Shown: positions 45,552-55,233 of the stretch, piece by piece
Numbering within the stretch: position 1 is the stretch's first letter
Layout: every line of letters starts with the position of its first letter
Origin: Rebecca billardiae RCC1528
Taxonomy: Eukaryota; Protista; Haptophyta
Length of the DNA stretch: 64,000 nucleotides
Assembly: GCA_965240325.2 (NCBI GenBank)
Contig: OZ251249.1
Coordinates: 186,001-250,000, forward strand
Direction of reading: 5' to 3'
Position numbers and translations under genes: made by a program
The notes under the pieces: generated by a model
Seen by the model: only the letters and a program-made list of their open reading frames with translations
Told to the model about the DNA's origin: nothing
Database searches by the model: none

Positions 45552-47084
45552 ATGGCCAGGCGTGGCGCCGCGGCGGCGGTGGCATGCGTGCTCCTCGCGA
45601 GCGCGCGCTCGGCGAACGTGTGCTACGACGACCGCCCGCGCGACGCCGGCCGGTACGACGGCGAGATGTGGCTCGGCGGCCTCAAGCGCTCCTACGTCCT
45701 CTACGTGCCGCCAGAGTACGACGGCCACCACCCGATGCCGCTCGTCATCAACAGGTGCGCGCACCCGGAGCGCCGGGCCTCCGCGCGCGCGCTGCGCGCG
45801 CGCGACGCGCGAGCCATTGGCCCAGCTCGACGCGCGCGCCGCCGCCGCGCGCGCTGCGCGCGCGCGCGGCCGCGCATCCCGCGCGCGCGCCGTGCGGCTC
45901 ACGCGTCGCCGCCGCGGCCCGCCGCGCGCGCGCGCGCGTCGCGCAGCCCGAACACGGGCGCGACGGCGATGCAGGAGCTGCGGCAGAGCGGGCTGCTCGA
46001 CGCCGCGAAGCGGTACGGCTTCATCATCGTCACGCTCAACGGCGTCGACCTCGCCTTCAACGTCGGGCAGGACGCGCGCGCGTCAGGCACCGGCGTCGAT
46101 GACATCGAGTTTGTTGAGCAGGTCTCGCGCTACCTGCTGAGCAAGCTGTGCATCGACGGCGACCAGATCTTCGCGACGGGGATCTCGCGCGGCGGGCGCT
46201 TCACCTCGCGCCTCGCCTCCGAGATGTCCTCCGAGATCACCGCGATCGGCGTCGTCTCCGGCCTGCGCTTCCCGCGGCCGATCAACGCGACTCGGCCAAT
46301 TCCGGTGATCACGTTTCACGGCACGGACGACCCGATCAACCCGTGGGGCGCGGGCGGGCCGGAGTACTGGCAGACCGGCGTGGAGGACGCGGCGCGCGCG
46401 TGGGCCGAGTTCAACAAGTGCAAGAAGCAGGCGTCGCACCGCATCGCCAAGTCGATCGTCAAGATCATCTACTTCCACTGCCAGGATAACGCGGACGTGG
46501 TGCTTTACAAAATCGAGGGCGGCGGGCACACGTGGCCTGGCTCCGAGTTCTATTACCAGAACCAGGACAGGCTGCACCTCGGGCACACGACGCTCGAGAT
46601 CTCGGCCAACGACATGATGTGGGAGTTCTGGACGCGCCACGTCGAGATGCGCAAGGACAAGAACTACTGGAAGCACCGCGGCGTCTCCAAGGACGGCGAG
46701 ATTGTGATCTCGGCGCTCAGGGGCGAGGACGCGGCGCGCGGCGCGGCGCCGCGCGCGCCGAGCGGCGGCGGCGGCGGCGGCGGCGGGGCTAGCGGCGGCG
46801 GCGGCGGCGGCGGTGGCGGCGGCGGTGTGGTGGCGCGCGCGCCCGGTGGCGGGCCGCGCGCGGGCGAGACGGCCGCAGAGCTCGAGCGCCGGTGGGAGCG
46901 CATGCGTGCCACGCTCGTCTGGCGCGGCGACTTTGACCTCCCGGCCGCGCCCGCGCCCGCGCGCTCGTCGCGCGCCGTGGCCGCGGCCATCGCCAGCGGC
47001 GCGCTCTGCCTGGGCGCGCTCGTCGCTGCGGCCGTGCGCAGACGCGGCCGCCGGCGCTCGGAGCCCGCGCTGGCCATCCTCTGA
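45552..47084 (+). CDS. Secreted/membrane-anchored alpha/beta-hydrolase, PHB depolymerase/LpqC-like esterase family
   Basis: Signal peptide; RSYVLYVPPEYDG..PLVI; DDIEFV; GISRGG nucleophile elbow; FHGTDD; GGGHTWPG; C-terminal hydrophobic segment. Intron 45755-45946. Confidence 0.88.
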   Translation: MARRGAAAAVACVLLASARSANVCYDDRPRDAGRYDGEMWLGGLKRSYVLYVPPEYDGHHPMPLVINRCAHPERRASARALRARDARAIGPARRARRRRARCARARPRIPRARRAAHASPPRPAARARASRSPNTGATAMQELRQSGLLDAAKRYGFIIVTLNGVDLAFNVGQDARASGTGVDDIEFVEQVSRYLLSKLCIDGDQIFATGISRGGRFTSRLASEMSSEITAIGVVSGLRFPRPINATRPIPVITFHGTDDPINPWGAGGPEYWQTGVEDAARAWAEFNKCKKQASHRIAKSIVKIIYFHCQDNADVVLYKIEGGGHTWPGSEFYYQNQDRLHLGHTTLEISANDMMWEFWTRHVEMRKDKNYWKHRGVSKDGEIVISALRGEDAARGAAPRAPSGGGGGGGGASGGGGGGGGGGGVVARAPGGGPRAGETAAELERRWERMRATLVWRGDFDLPAAPAPARSSRAVAAAIASGALCLGALVAAAVRRRGRRRSEPALAIL

Positions 47085-47523
47085 GCCCCGCGCCCGTGCC
47101 ACCATTCGCGCGCGGCCCGGTCGACGACAGTTGGTGCGGCGGCGGCGGATGGACGTGTGCGGAGTTGAGCGCGTGCGCGCAGCCGCCGTGTGCAGCGGGT
47201 AGCAGGCACCGCGGGCGTGCCGCAGCCTGCGGCACTGCGTGCTGGCTGCGAGCGCGTCATCCTCAGCGCGACCGACGCCGGTGCCGCCACGTGCGCACGT
47301 GGAAAATCGGCGCAGCGGCAGCAGATGCGATGAATGGATGATCGATGCGCATGCATGCAGCATGTGCGGAGAGTATATGTCAGATTCGATCGACGACGAC
47401 GATGGATCAGGCTTCATGGCCGGTCGTGCGCGCGCATTGTCCGCGCGCGCCCCGCTGATGCGGACGATCGATCGCTCGAGCGATCTATATGATGGTGATG
47501 TGCTCGAAAATAGGCGACGAGTC

Positions 47524-47977
47524 CAGGGCTCAAAGACGGTACACCGGACACCGGTAAATACCGTACCGGTGCGTACCGGTGCGTACCGGTATGCACCGCC
47601 ACAAACTGCCGCGCACCGGTGAGAGTCCGGGAGGGGTCGAGTGTGCGCCCGGACCACAGCACCCGCGAGTACGGAGCAGTACGCGGAGCTGTCCGACTTG
47701 ACTCACTTGTCTGAGTGTCCGAGGTCGCGGCCAGTCACTGCTGGCACTCTGGCAGGGGAGGCGAATTACGCCGCCGACTATTTCGTCCAATTATAATTGG
47801 GCTGTTTCTATCAGTAAATAGGCCCACAAATTTTCTTCGCCTCGGGCCGGCGGGGCCCCGGGGGGGACACCCCCCCGGACACCCCCGCGGTGCGCGCACC
47901 GGTGTACCGGTACACCGGCGCCTGCGGCGCCGGTGCACCGGTACGCTTACCGAGCACCAGCGGATCTTTGAGCCCTG
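47524..47977. mobile_element. hAT-like MITE with 13-bp TIR CAGGGCTCAAAGA and ACCGGT subterminal repeats
   Basis: TIRs at 47524-47536 and 47965-47977. Flanks GCGACGA(gt)C and GCGACGAC. Clusters of ACCGG(T) at 47538-47620 and 47897-47952. Confidence 0.82.
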
Positions 47978-48210
47978 GCGACGACGGAGATGTGCTGGTC
48001 GGGGGTATTGCGGCGTCTCGACGCAGACGCGACTTCAAAGGACAGGCGCGACTATGGTCACGCTTGCGTGCGCTCACGATCGTCGAATAATAATCGTCAG
48101 CGCAGGGATGAAATCCAAAATCCTCGGCGCCCCGAAAACCCAGCCGGCCAACCGTCGTCCGCCAAGCGAGCGGAGCAAAGCGCGCGAGGGCGGCTGTGCG
48201 GGCTCGCACG

Positions 48211-49158
48211 ATGGTGCAAGCGGTCGACCGCGCCGCCGCCTCGCTGGCGGGCTCGCAGCCGCAGGACGTGGCCGTGCTGCTCCGGTGCAAGACGGATCAC
48301 ACGCGGCTGATCACAAAGATGCTCGGCGCGGTCTGCCTCAAGGAGCACAAGTCCGCCGCGTCGGTGCTCAACGGGCCGATCGCGTGGTGCCAGGTCTCGC
48401 CCTCCGGCCTCCGTTTCACGACCGAGGAGTCGCACGACGTGCAGGCGCGCGTGTACCTGCAGAAGGACCTGTTCCGTGAGTACGAGTACGCAGAGACCGA
48501 CGCGTACTCCTTCGCCCTCAACCTCGGCGCGACGATGGAGTGCCTGCGCATCCTGGACGGGCGCGGCGCGGCGCTCGCCCAGCCGCCGTCGCTGCACGTG
48601 CGCTTCAGCGACGAGACGGGCGCGCTCTCGCTGACGCTGATCGAGGGCCTTGCGGTGACGGAGTGCGAGATCGCGACGATGGACCACGGCGAGCCCTCCG
48701 AGCGCGGCGGCGCCGCCGTCGCCCAGGCGTGCCGCATCGTCCTGCGCGCCGACGTGCTGCGCGAGGCACTGGCGGAGCTCGAGTGGGGCGACGCGAACCA
48801 CCGCGACAAGGCGGTCGCGCTCGCGGTGAGCGGCGCGCAGCGCGAGCTCTGCCTGACGGTGCGCAACACGGACAGCGGGTGCGAGGTGCGCCTGCCCGCC
48901 GAGTCGCTCTCCAAGGTCGAGATCCCGCCCGACCAGGCCGTGGCGGAGACGTACAAGTACTCACACCTGCAGGCGATCGCGCGCGCGCTCGGCTCGGCGG
49001 AGGAGGCGTGCCTGCGCGTCCTCGACGGCGGGGAGCTCAACGTGATGATGCGGCTCGCCGAGGGGGGCAAGACGGGCTACGTCGAGTACTACATCACACC
49101 GCTCGCCACCGACGGCGCCGATGACGACGACTACGACGCCGGGCGCGGTTTCGGCTGA
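48211..49158 (+). CDS. RAD1: 9-1-1 checkpoint clamp subunit Rad1 (Rad1/Rec1/Rad17 family)
   Basis: Intronless; SGLRFTTEESHDVQARVYLQKDLFREY, FALNL..LRI, VTECEIAT, LREALAELEW, YKYSHLQ..AL..LRV..G.L, YVEYYITP. Confidence 0.92.
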   Translation: MVQAVDRAAASLAGSQPQDVAVLLRCKTDHTRLITKMLGAVCLKEHKSAASVLNGPIAWCQVSPSGLRFTTEESHDVQARVYLQKDLFREYEYAETDAYSFALNLGATMECLRILDGRGAALAQPPSLHVRFSDETGALSLTLIEGLAVTECEIATMDHGEPSERGGAAVAQACRIVLRADVLREALAELEWGDANHRDKAVALAVSGAQRELCLTVRNTDSGCEVRLPAESLSKVEIPPDQAVAETYKYSHLQAIARALGSAEEACLRVLDGGELNVMMRLAEGGKTGYVEYYITPLATDGADDDDYDAGRGFG

Positions 49159-50880
49159 TTACGCGCGTGGCCGGCTGATCCGGATCGGCGCCGCCCGGCG
49201 GAGCACGCCGCCTGCCAGCATCTCGAGATATGAGTGTGCATGTGTCTGCGCGCTGCACTCTGAGCCTGACGCTTGCCCGTTTACAGCATACCACGTCCGG
49301 TCTATAACTGATCAGTTGCACGCATGAGCGCCGAAAAAACTACGCGACACTTTGGCAGTATGTTAGTCACAGTCATCGCCCCGGCGGGCGTGCCGCTGCC
49401 GCCCGCGGCGGCGGCAGCGAGAGCGTGGCAGCGCATCTACCATCTTCCACGTTACACGCTGCGCCGCGCTCGCCAGGTGGCAGGTGCCCCCGGTCCGCCG
49501 CGCGGAAGGCAGCGCGGTCGGCGAGCGCAGAGGTGCCAGAAGCCCCCTCGCCGCCCTGCGCAGCCGTGCCCGGAAAGGCGCGCGTCACTGGCGGAACCCG
49601 GTACTCGAGTAACTCCGAACTTCAGTGCGGACGGCACCGTTGCTGCTGCGCTATTCTGCCGCCAGAGTGCGTGCCAGCTTTCGTTTCTCAGCGCTCCATG
49701 GCTCCAACCGCGCTTACTGCCGCGCCCGTGGTCCGCCCGCTTCTCGGACTTTAGTCGGCAGGCCCGGGACCCGCGGCTCTGAGGCCACCGGGGGCCGCAG
49801 GGCCCACTACTATCTGCATAGACAGCATGCTACCTCGCGCGCCCCTGCCTTGAACCAGGCGTTACGGGGCATCACATATTCACGCCTTCAGCTCCTTGCC
49901 ACCTATGGGCTCCGCGAGGGTGGTACCGCAGTCCCGCGCGGTGCGGCCGTGGTCCAGTGGCGGCGTCTCGCGCGCGTGGGGGGCAAATGCACACGAATGC
50001 GCTCGAATCACAGGGCAGCTATCGCTATCACGCCGAGCCCTCGCACGCCGCTCGGCGGCGCCGTGGTCATTTCGGCCAACCCGCTGCTCTGCAACCCCCG
50101 CGCACGCCGTTCTCGTCGAAACAGAGGACGTGAACACTGCGCCGCATGACTTGCGCTCGGCGTTTTCCTCGCGCCGCAGCGGACGTAATAATGGCGGCTT
50201 GACGAGAGTTGAGAAGCTCAGAAACTTCTGAGGTGTGAGGAACGTGGCGCGGACGAGGGAATCTATCATGACCTGAAGTACTGAAGTGGTGTAAATGCAC
50301 CGATTCAGCGCGAGATCAGACATGAATGACTGTATAATATTGAGAATTGGGCATTCCTCTCTTGCCCCAAGCAATAGTGATTAATGGACCCAAAAGACTG
50401 GTAAATCTTTTCATCAAGGGGCCCTTCGGCGGTCCTTTGGTGCCAGACCGCTTGTCCACACAAGCCTCGCCCGATGGGCCGATGGCTAAAGAGCGCCCTT
50501 CTCATGATATCGGTCGAGAGAGCGGAATCCGCCCTCAATCTGGAGTCGAGCTGTGCTTTTCGTCAATATTATCATGGTCCGCAAGGCATGGCTAAGAATA
50601 ACCTGATCGCGATCACAGCTGCGCACGTACGCGGGCTTCGTCCTATGTCGGCCATCACGATTTGGGGCCATGCTTCCTCTCAAACTACTGACACATACGG
50701 GGGTTGGGGTGGTACCGGCAAGGCCACGGAGATATTATATTGCCCGCCGAGCGGCCGAGCGGGCCTGAGAACCATCTCATTGCGAAGCTCGTCGACGCGA
50801 ACGCGGCGAGAAGGCTGTGAGCGCCAACGCCTAGCCCGCTCCCGCGTGCACTCGCGCTGCCCGCGTGCGCGCCTGCCGCC

Positions 50881-53463
50881 ATGTCGTCGCGCACCAGCCT
50901 CAGCCTCGAAGAGGCCGACCTCTCGGACCGGTCCGGCCTCACCAGCGTGCACAGCTCCACGAGCGCGCTCGACCGCTCGCTGCACCTGCTCGAGGATGAG
51001 ATGGTCAACCCGCTCGTGCGCGCGGCGTCGATCATCGACGACCTGCTCGCCGCCGTGCCGAAAGGGTCGGAGGGATCGGAGATCCTCGGCGCGCTCGGCC
51101 TGGCGTCGCGCGAGATCCGCGGCGCCATGGGCGCTCTCACCGGCACGATTGCGCGCCGCGCGCTCGTGAGCGGCGAGTACGAGCCGTCGCTCGCCTCGTT
51201 GCAGCTGTGCGACCTGATTGACGACGCGACGCTCGCGTCGGGGGTGCAGTTCGCGCCCGGCATCGACACCTCGAGCCTCGTCGAGGTCGACCCGGCGCCC
51301 ATCCGCACGGCCGTCTCGACCGCCGCGCGCGCGCTCGCCGCCCTCGGCATTGCGACGCCGATGCGCATCGGCATCGGGCTCGAGCACTCGACGCTCGCGA
51401 TCGACTTTGCGCTCGAGCCGGCGGGCCCGTGCGAGAGCGACGCTGTGCAAGAGACCTTCATCCTCGAGCGCTTCGCCGAGCCGAGCATGTGCGCGCGCGC
51501 GGGCACTGCGCCGCGCGCGCGCACACGCGCATGCGCGCGCGCGGCCGTGCGCGCGCGGGCCCGGCGGCTGACGCGCTGCATCCCCCGCGCGCCGCGATCC
51601 GCCGCGCCATGCCGCAGGGCGCTGATCGACCAGTGCGCCTCCGCGCTCGGCGGCAGCGCCATGTGGGCCGCCGAGTGCGAGGCCTCGGGCGACACGTGGC
51701 TGCGGCTGTGCGCGCCCGTGCGCATGCGCAGCGGCGCCGAGCTCGCGGCTCTCGAGAAGTTCCGCATCCCGGCGCACGCGACGGTGGTCGTGGTGGACGA
51801 CTCGCGGCTGACGCGCACGATCGTGTGCTCGCGCGTCGCCGCCTCGCTCTGCGCGCGCGGCGTCAAGCCGATCACCATCCCGCCGCTCGACGCCGAGCCG
51901 GCGGCCGAGGCGAGGACGGCCGACGCGACGGCGGCAAGCGAGCGCGAGCACCTGCTGCAGTACGAGGCGACTTTGACGAAACTGGTCCGGACCGGTCCGG
52001 TGGTGCTCTTCTCGGACCAGGAGCTGGGCGCGGGCGTGCCGCGCGGCACGGACGTGATCTCGCGCGTCCGCGCCGCCGTGCCCGAGGCCGAGTCCAACCT
52101 CGTCGCCTTTGTCGTCTCCTCGAACGGATCGAGCTCCGACCGCCGCCTCTACGCCGCGGCGGGCGTCGACGGCTACGTGTCGAAGGAGCGCGACGGGCTG
52201 ACGCGCGCGCGCGCGGGGATCGCGCGCGCGTGCGCCGCGCGGCTGCCGCGCGCGGCGCCGCCGGGCCCCGCGCCGCCGCCGCCGCGCGACGAGCGCCAGC
52301 TGCGCTCCGCGCGGCTGCAGCAGCGCCTGTTTGCCCGGCCCGCGCGCGCCGCGCGCCGCGGCGCCGAGCTGGCGAGCGCGACTTCGCTGCTGGGCTCGTC
52401 GCCCGACCTGCCCGCGCTCGGGCGGCAGGGTGGCGGCAGCGCGGCGCACGCTGGCGGCGGCGGCGGCGCGGCCCCGTTCGTGCACAGCCTGAGCGCGCCG
52501 CGTCCGGACGATGACCCCGCCGCCGCGTCCCGCGGACCCCACGCCGCCGCCGCCGCCGGCCCGGACTTTGCCGGCCCGGACTCGTGGCTTTTCGCCGAGC
52601 CTCCGGTGTCGCGCGCTTTCTCCACCGCCACCGTCGTCTCGGACGCGCCGCTGGAGGTCCCGCCGCTGGCGCTCGTGCACGCGTGGCGCCGGCCGCGGGC
52701 GCGGCGGCTCTCTGCGCCGCACGGCGCGGCGGGCGCGCTTGACTCGCTCCACGCCCTCCAGGCGAGCCTGCCGCCGCCGCCGCCCTCGCCGGCGGCTCCG
52801 ACCCCGCGCTACGCCGCCGACGCCGACGCCGACGATTCCGAGCTCGAGCGCACGCCGTCGCCGCCGCCGCCGTTCCTGCCGCTGGCGCCGCAGCAGCACG
52901 CGAGCCGCATGCCCTCCGCCCTCGGCGGCGCGGTCGGCTCGGGGAAGCCGAGCGGCGGCGCCGGCGCGGCGGCGCGCGAACAGCCTGGGGCACGGCTCCG
53001 GCTGAGCGCGTTCAGCTTTGCGCGCGCGCGCGCGCCGGGCAGCGGCGGCGACAGGGCGGCAGAGGGGTCGCTCGGCCTGTGGGCGGCCGACCCGGTGGCG
53101 CGCGCGGGCGCGGCTGCGGAGCCGAAGCCGGCGGGCGAGAGCGCTGCGCCGGCGGCCGAGGGCGCCTTCGGTGGCGGGAAGCACGACCTGGCGAGCTCAG
53201 CCGCGCTCATGTCGCGGCTGATGAAGCAGCAGCGCACGCGCGCGCGCTCGCCGCTCGCCACCTCCGCGACGACGGCCGACGTGCGACGGCAGCAGGCCTC
53301 GTGCTCGCACGGCGCCGCGCCCATCGGCGGCGGCCAGTGCCGCGCGTGCGAGCTCGCGCGCGTGTACCACCCGGACAGCAGCGGGCTCGGCGTCGAGAGC
53401 CGCAGCCTGCCGTGCGCCAATGCAGGCGGCCTCGCCATGGGCATCAACTGCTCCGCCGGCTGA
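50881..53463 (+). CDS. Degenerate hybrid histidine kinase-like protein with a response-regulator receiver domain
   Basis: H-box-like LEDEMVNPL, N-box-like DPAPIRTAVSTAARA and ..SALGG. Receiver VVVVDDS..VLFSDQEL..GTDVI..VVSSN..AAGVDGYVSK. Intron 51489-51617. Confidence 0.75.
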   Translation: MSSRTSLSLEEADLSDRSGLTSVHSSTSALDRSLHLLEDEMVNPLVRAASIIDDLLAAVPKGSEGSEILGALGLASREIRGAMGALTGTIARRALVSGEYEPSLASLQLCDLIDDATLASGVQFAPGIDTSSLVEVDPAPIRTAVSTAARALAALGIATPMRIGIGLEHSTLAIDFALEPAGPCESDAVQETFILERFAEPSMCARAGTAPRARTRACARAAVRARARRLTRCIPRAPRSAAPCRRALIDQCASALGGSAMWAAECEASGDTWLRLCAPVRMRSGAELAALEKFRIPAHATVVVVDDSRLTRTIVCSRVAASLCARGVKPITIPPLDAEPAAEARTADATAASEREHLLQYEATLTKLVRTGPVVLFSDQELGAGVPRGTDVISRVRAAVPEAESNLVAFVVSSNGSSSDRRLYAAAGVDGYVSKERDGLTRARAGIARACAARLPRAAPPGPAPPPPRDERQLRSARLQQRLFARPARAARRGAELASATSLLGSSPDLPALGRQGGGSAAHAGGGGGAAPFVHSLSAPRPDDDPAAASRGPHAAAAAGPDFAGPDSWLFAEPPVSRAFSTATVVSDAPLEVPPLALVHAWRRPRARRLSAPHGAAGALDSLHALQASLPPPPPSPAAPTPRYAADADADDSELERTPSPPPPFLPLAPQQHASRMPSALGGAVGSGKPSGGAGAAAREQPGARLRLSAFSFARARAPGSGGDRAAEGSLGLWAADPVARAGAAAEPKPAGESAAPAAEGAFGGGKHDLASSAALMSRLMKQQRTRARSPLATSATTADVRRQQASCSHGAAPIGGGQCRACELARVYHPDSSGLGVESRSLPCANAGGLAMGINCSAG

Positions 53464-53913
53464 GCCACGGGCCGGGGGCCCAATTCGCACTACGCCAGTA
53501 GCGGGCCGATGTACATAAGTCACGCGCGTACTACCTAGCCGCTGCACTCATCAATCACTCATCACAGCGGCAGTCGTTCTGCTAACAGTCAGTCACTCAG
53601 TCACGGTCACGGAGTCGGACACGGACACGGTGCCGCGCCACGCCCCACAGGCCACAGCCGCCGGGCTGACGATGGGCCCCGGCGGGCGCGGCCGGGCCGG
53701 CGCGCTGCTCTGTGCTCAGTCGGCAGCTGTCCCTTTCGTCACTTTGTCGATCAGCTTTGACGACAATGGGCGATCGCCGATAATGACAGGGTGTGGGTCT
53801 CTCTTCGGAGAGCGTGCGATGAAGGATGGCGCGGCAACCTGCCACCGTGAGCCTTACGCACGTTTTAAAAAACAAATAAACTGTAGTGTGGCAATCCGCA
53901 ATATGTTTCCTCA

Positions 53914-54915
53914 GGCTTGCGAACCAAGCCCCCCAAAGGCCTGGCTCAACGGTGACGCCAAGGGGGTTCAATCAAGGGGGGAGAAAGCACAGCGGGACCA
54001 TCAGGTGCGCCGTCCCGCTCTCTCGGGAATTGAGAGTCCGGTGTTTGCCCATAGAAAGCGAACACGTTTTGCTCGTTTTGAAATGTTTTGCTCCCGGGCC
54101 GATGGATTCACATGGGAAAACACCGGACTCTCAATTTCCCAGAGGGCGGGACGGCGCACCTGATGGTCCCGGATCCCCCGCTGTGCTTTCTCCCCCCTTG
54201 ATTGAACCCCCTTGGTGACACAGGGGGTATACCCCCCTGTGTCATCCGGGAGCTTTTTGAATACGTCTGCGCGTGCGCGGGCACTCCCGGACAGCCGCCG
54301 CCAAGAAGGCCAGCCTGCGCGCGCCCTCCGCTCGTCCGCCGCGGCGCGTGCGCGTCGAGGCGCATGACGGGCTTTGCCATGCACGTCGTGCCCGTGCTCG
54401 CGGCTCATGCACGCCTCACGACCGAGATGCATGTCTTGCGCGCCCTCCATTGGCTCGCACTGCGGTCTCCTCGCCGACAGCCTTGTGATCACAGTCATCA
54501 CACGCGCCGCCATTTCAACCGGTTGCTGGCCTGCCAGCTGTCGAGCGTGCGTGTGCGGTCTGATCGATGTCGGCATGGCTGCCGGCGAAGCAGTGATGTT
54601 GAGTACATCCATACCCATCTCGCAGAAGCGAAAACGCTGACCTTTGAATGCCCCAGGGGCGCACGCGTGCCCATCACGCTCGTCGGACAGGCCTTCTCCA
54701 GAACTGCGCTTGCCATCCGGCAGGTCTCTGCGCGCGGAGAGGGCGGCGAGGGCGTCGACGAGGCGGCACGATTGCTGCCTACAGGTCTTCTGGCCCCCAC
54801 AAAGTGCCCGCGCACGGCTGTCACGCCCGCATGCGGCCTTGGGAGCGCTGCGCAGGCGGGCCCTCGCGTCGCCCAGTGCTCGCCATCCCGTTTTGGGGGG
54901 CTTGGTTTGCAAGCC
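53914..54915. mobile_element. PIF/Harbinger-like non-autonomous element
   Basis: 24-bp TIR GGCTTGC(G/A)AACCAAGCCCCCCAAA with one mismatch; 3-bp TSD TCA at 53911-53913 and 54916-54918. Confidence 0.85.
53959..54214. mobile_element. 256-bp MITE with ~95-bp TIRs, CAAGG termini and a 7-bp TSD, nested in the Harbinger-like element
   Basis: CAAGGGGGTTCAATCAAGGGGGGAGAAAGCACAGCGG...CCCAT (53959-54052) is inverted at about 54112-54214. TSD GTGACGC / GTGACAC. Confidence 0.92.
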
Positions 54916-55077
54916 TCAGGTGGCAAATCTGGGGGCGCGAGATCGCTGGTTTCCAAGCACGAGTGACGAGAGTCCCGCAGAGGTGGAGGCGGTCGCTCGG
55001 GAGCCGAACCGCCGCCGCTCTCTCCGGGCTGAAAAGCCCAGCGCGCGCGCCCGCGGCGGCATCGTTGGTCTTCGGAC

Positions 55078-55202
55078 ATGAGAGCGATGCCGGCGCGTCG
55101 GGTGCAACCGCCGTTGCTCGTGGCGCTGCTGTACGCCGGCGCGGCGGGTGCACCGCCTCGGCCGCCGCCCTCGCCACCGCCCTCCCCGCCGCCAGCGCCG
55201 CC

Positions 55203-55233
<31 letters not shown>

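Noticed and set aside
47538-47952. ACCGGT repeats as a CRISPR-like array
   Set aside because: No constant repeat-spacer period, eukaryotic context, and explained as MITE subterminal repeats.
49370-50332. CAGTCAT...ATGACTG as Tc1/mariner-like TIRs
   Set aside because: Only 7-8 bp match and the flanks (CA/TA) are not a clean TA duplication.
53449-53463. C-terminal CSAG as a CaaX prenylation motif
   Set aside because: Poor fit to the aliphatic and X-residue preferences; unsupported.
54202-54966. 254-aa and 303-aa ORFs in the Harbinger-like element as a transposase
   Set aside because: No DDE or Myb/SANT motifs recognisable, and the ORFs cross element boundaries.
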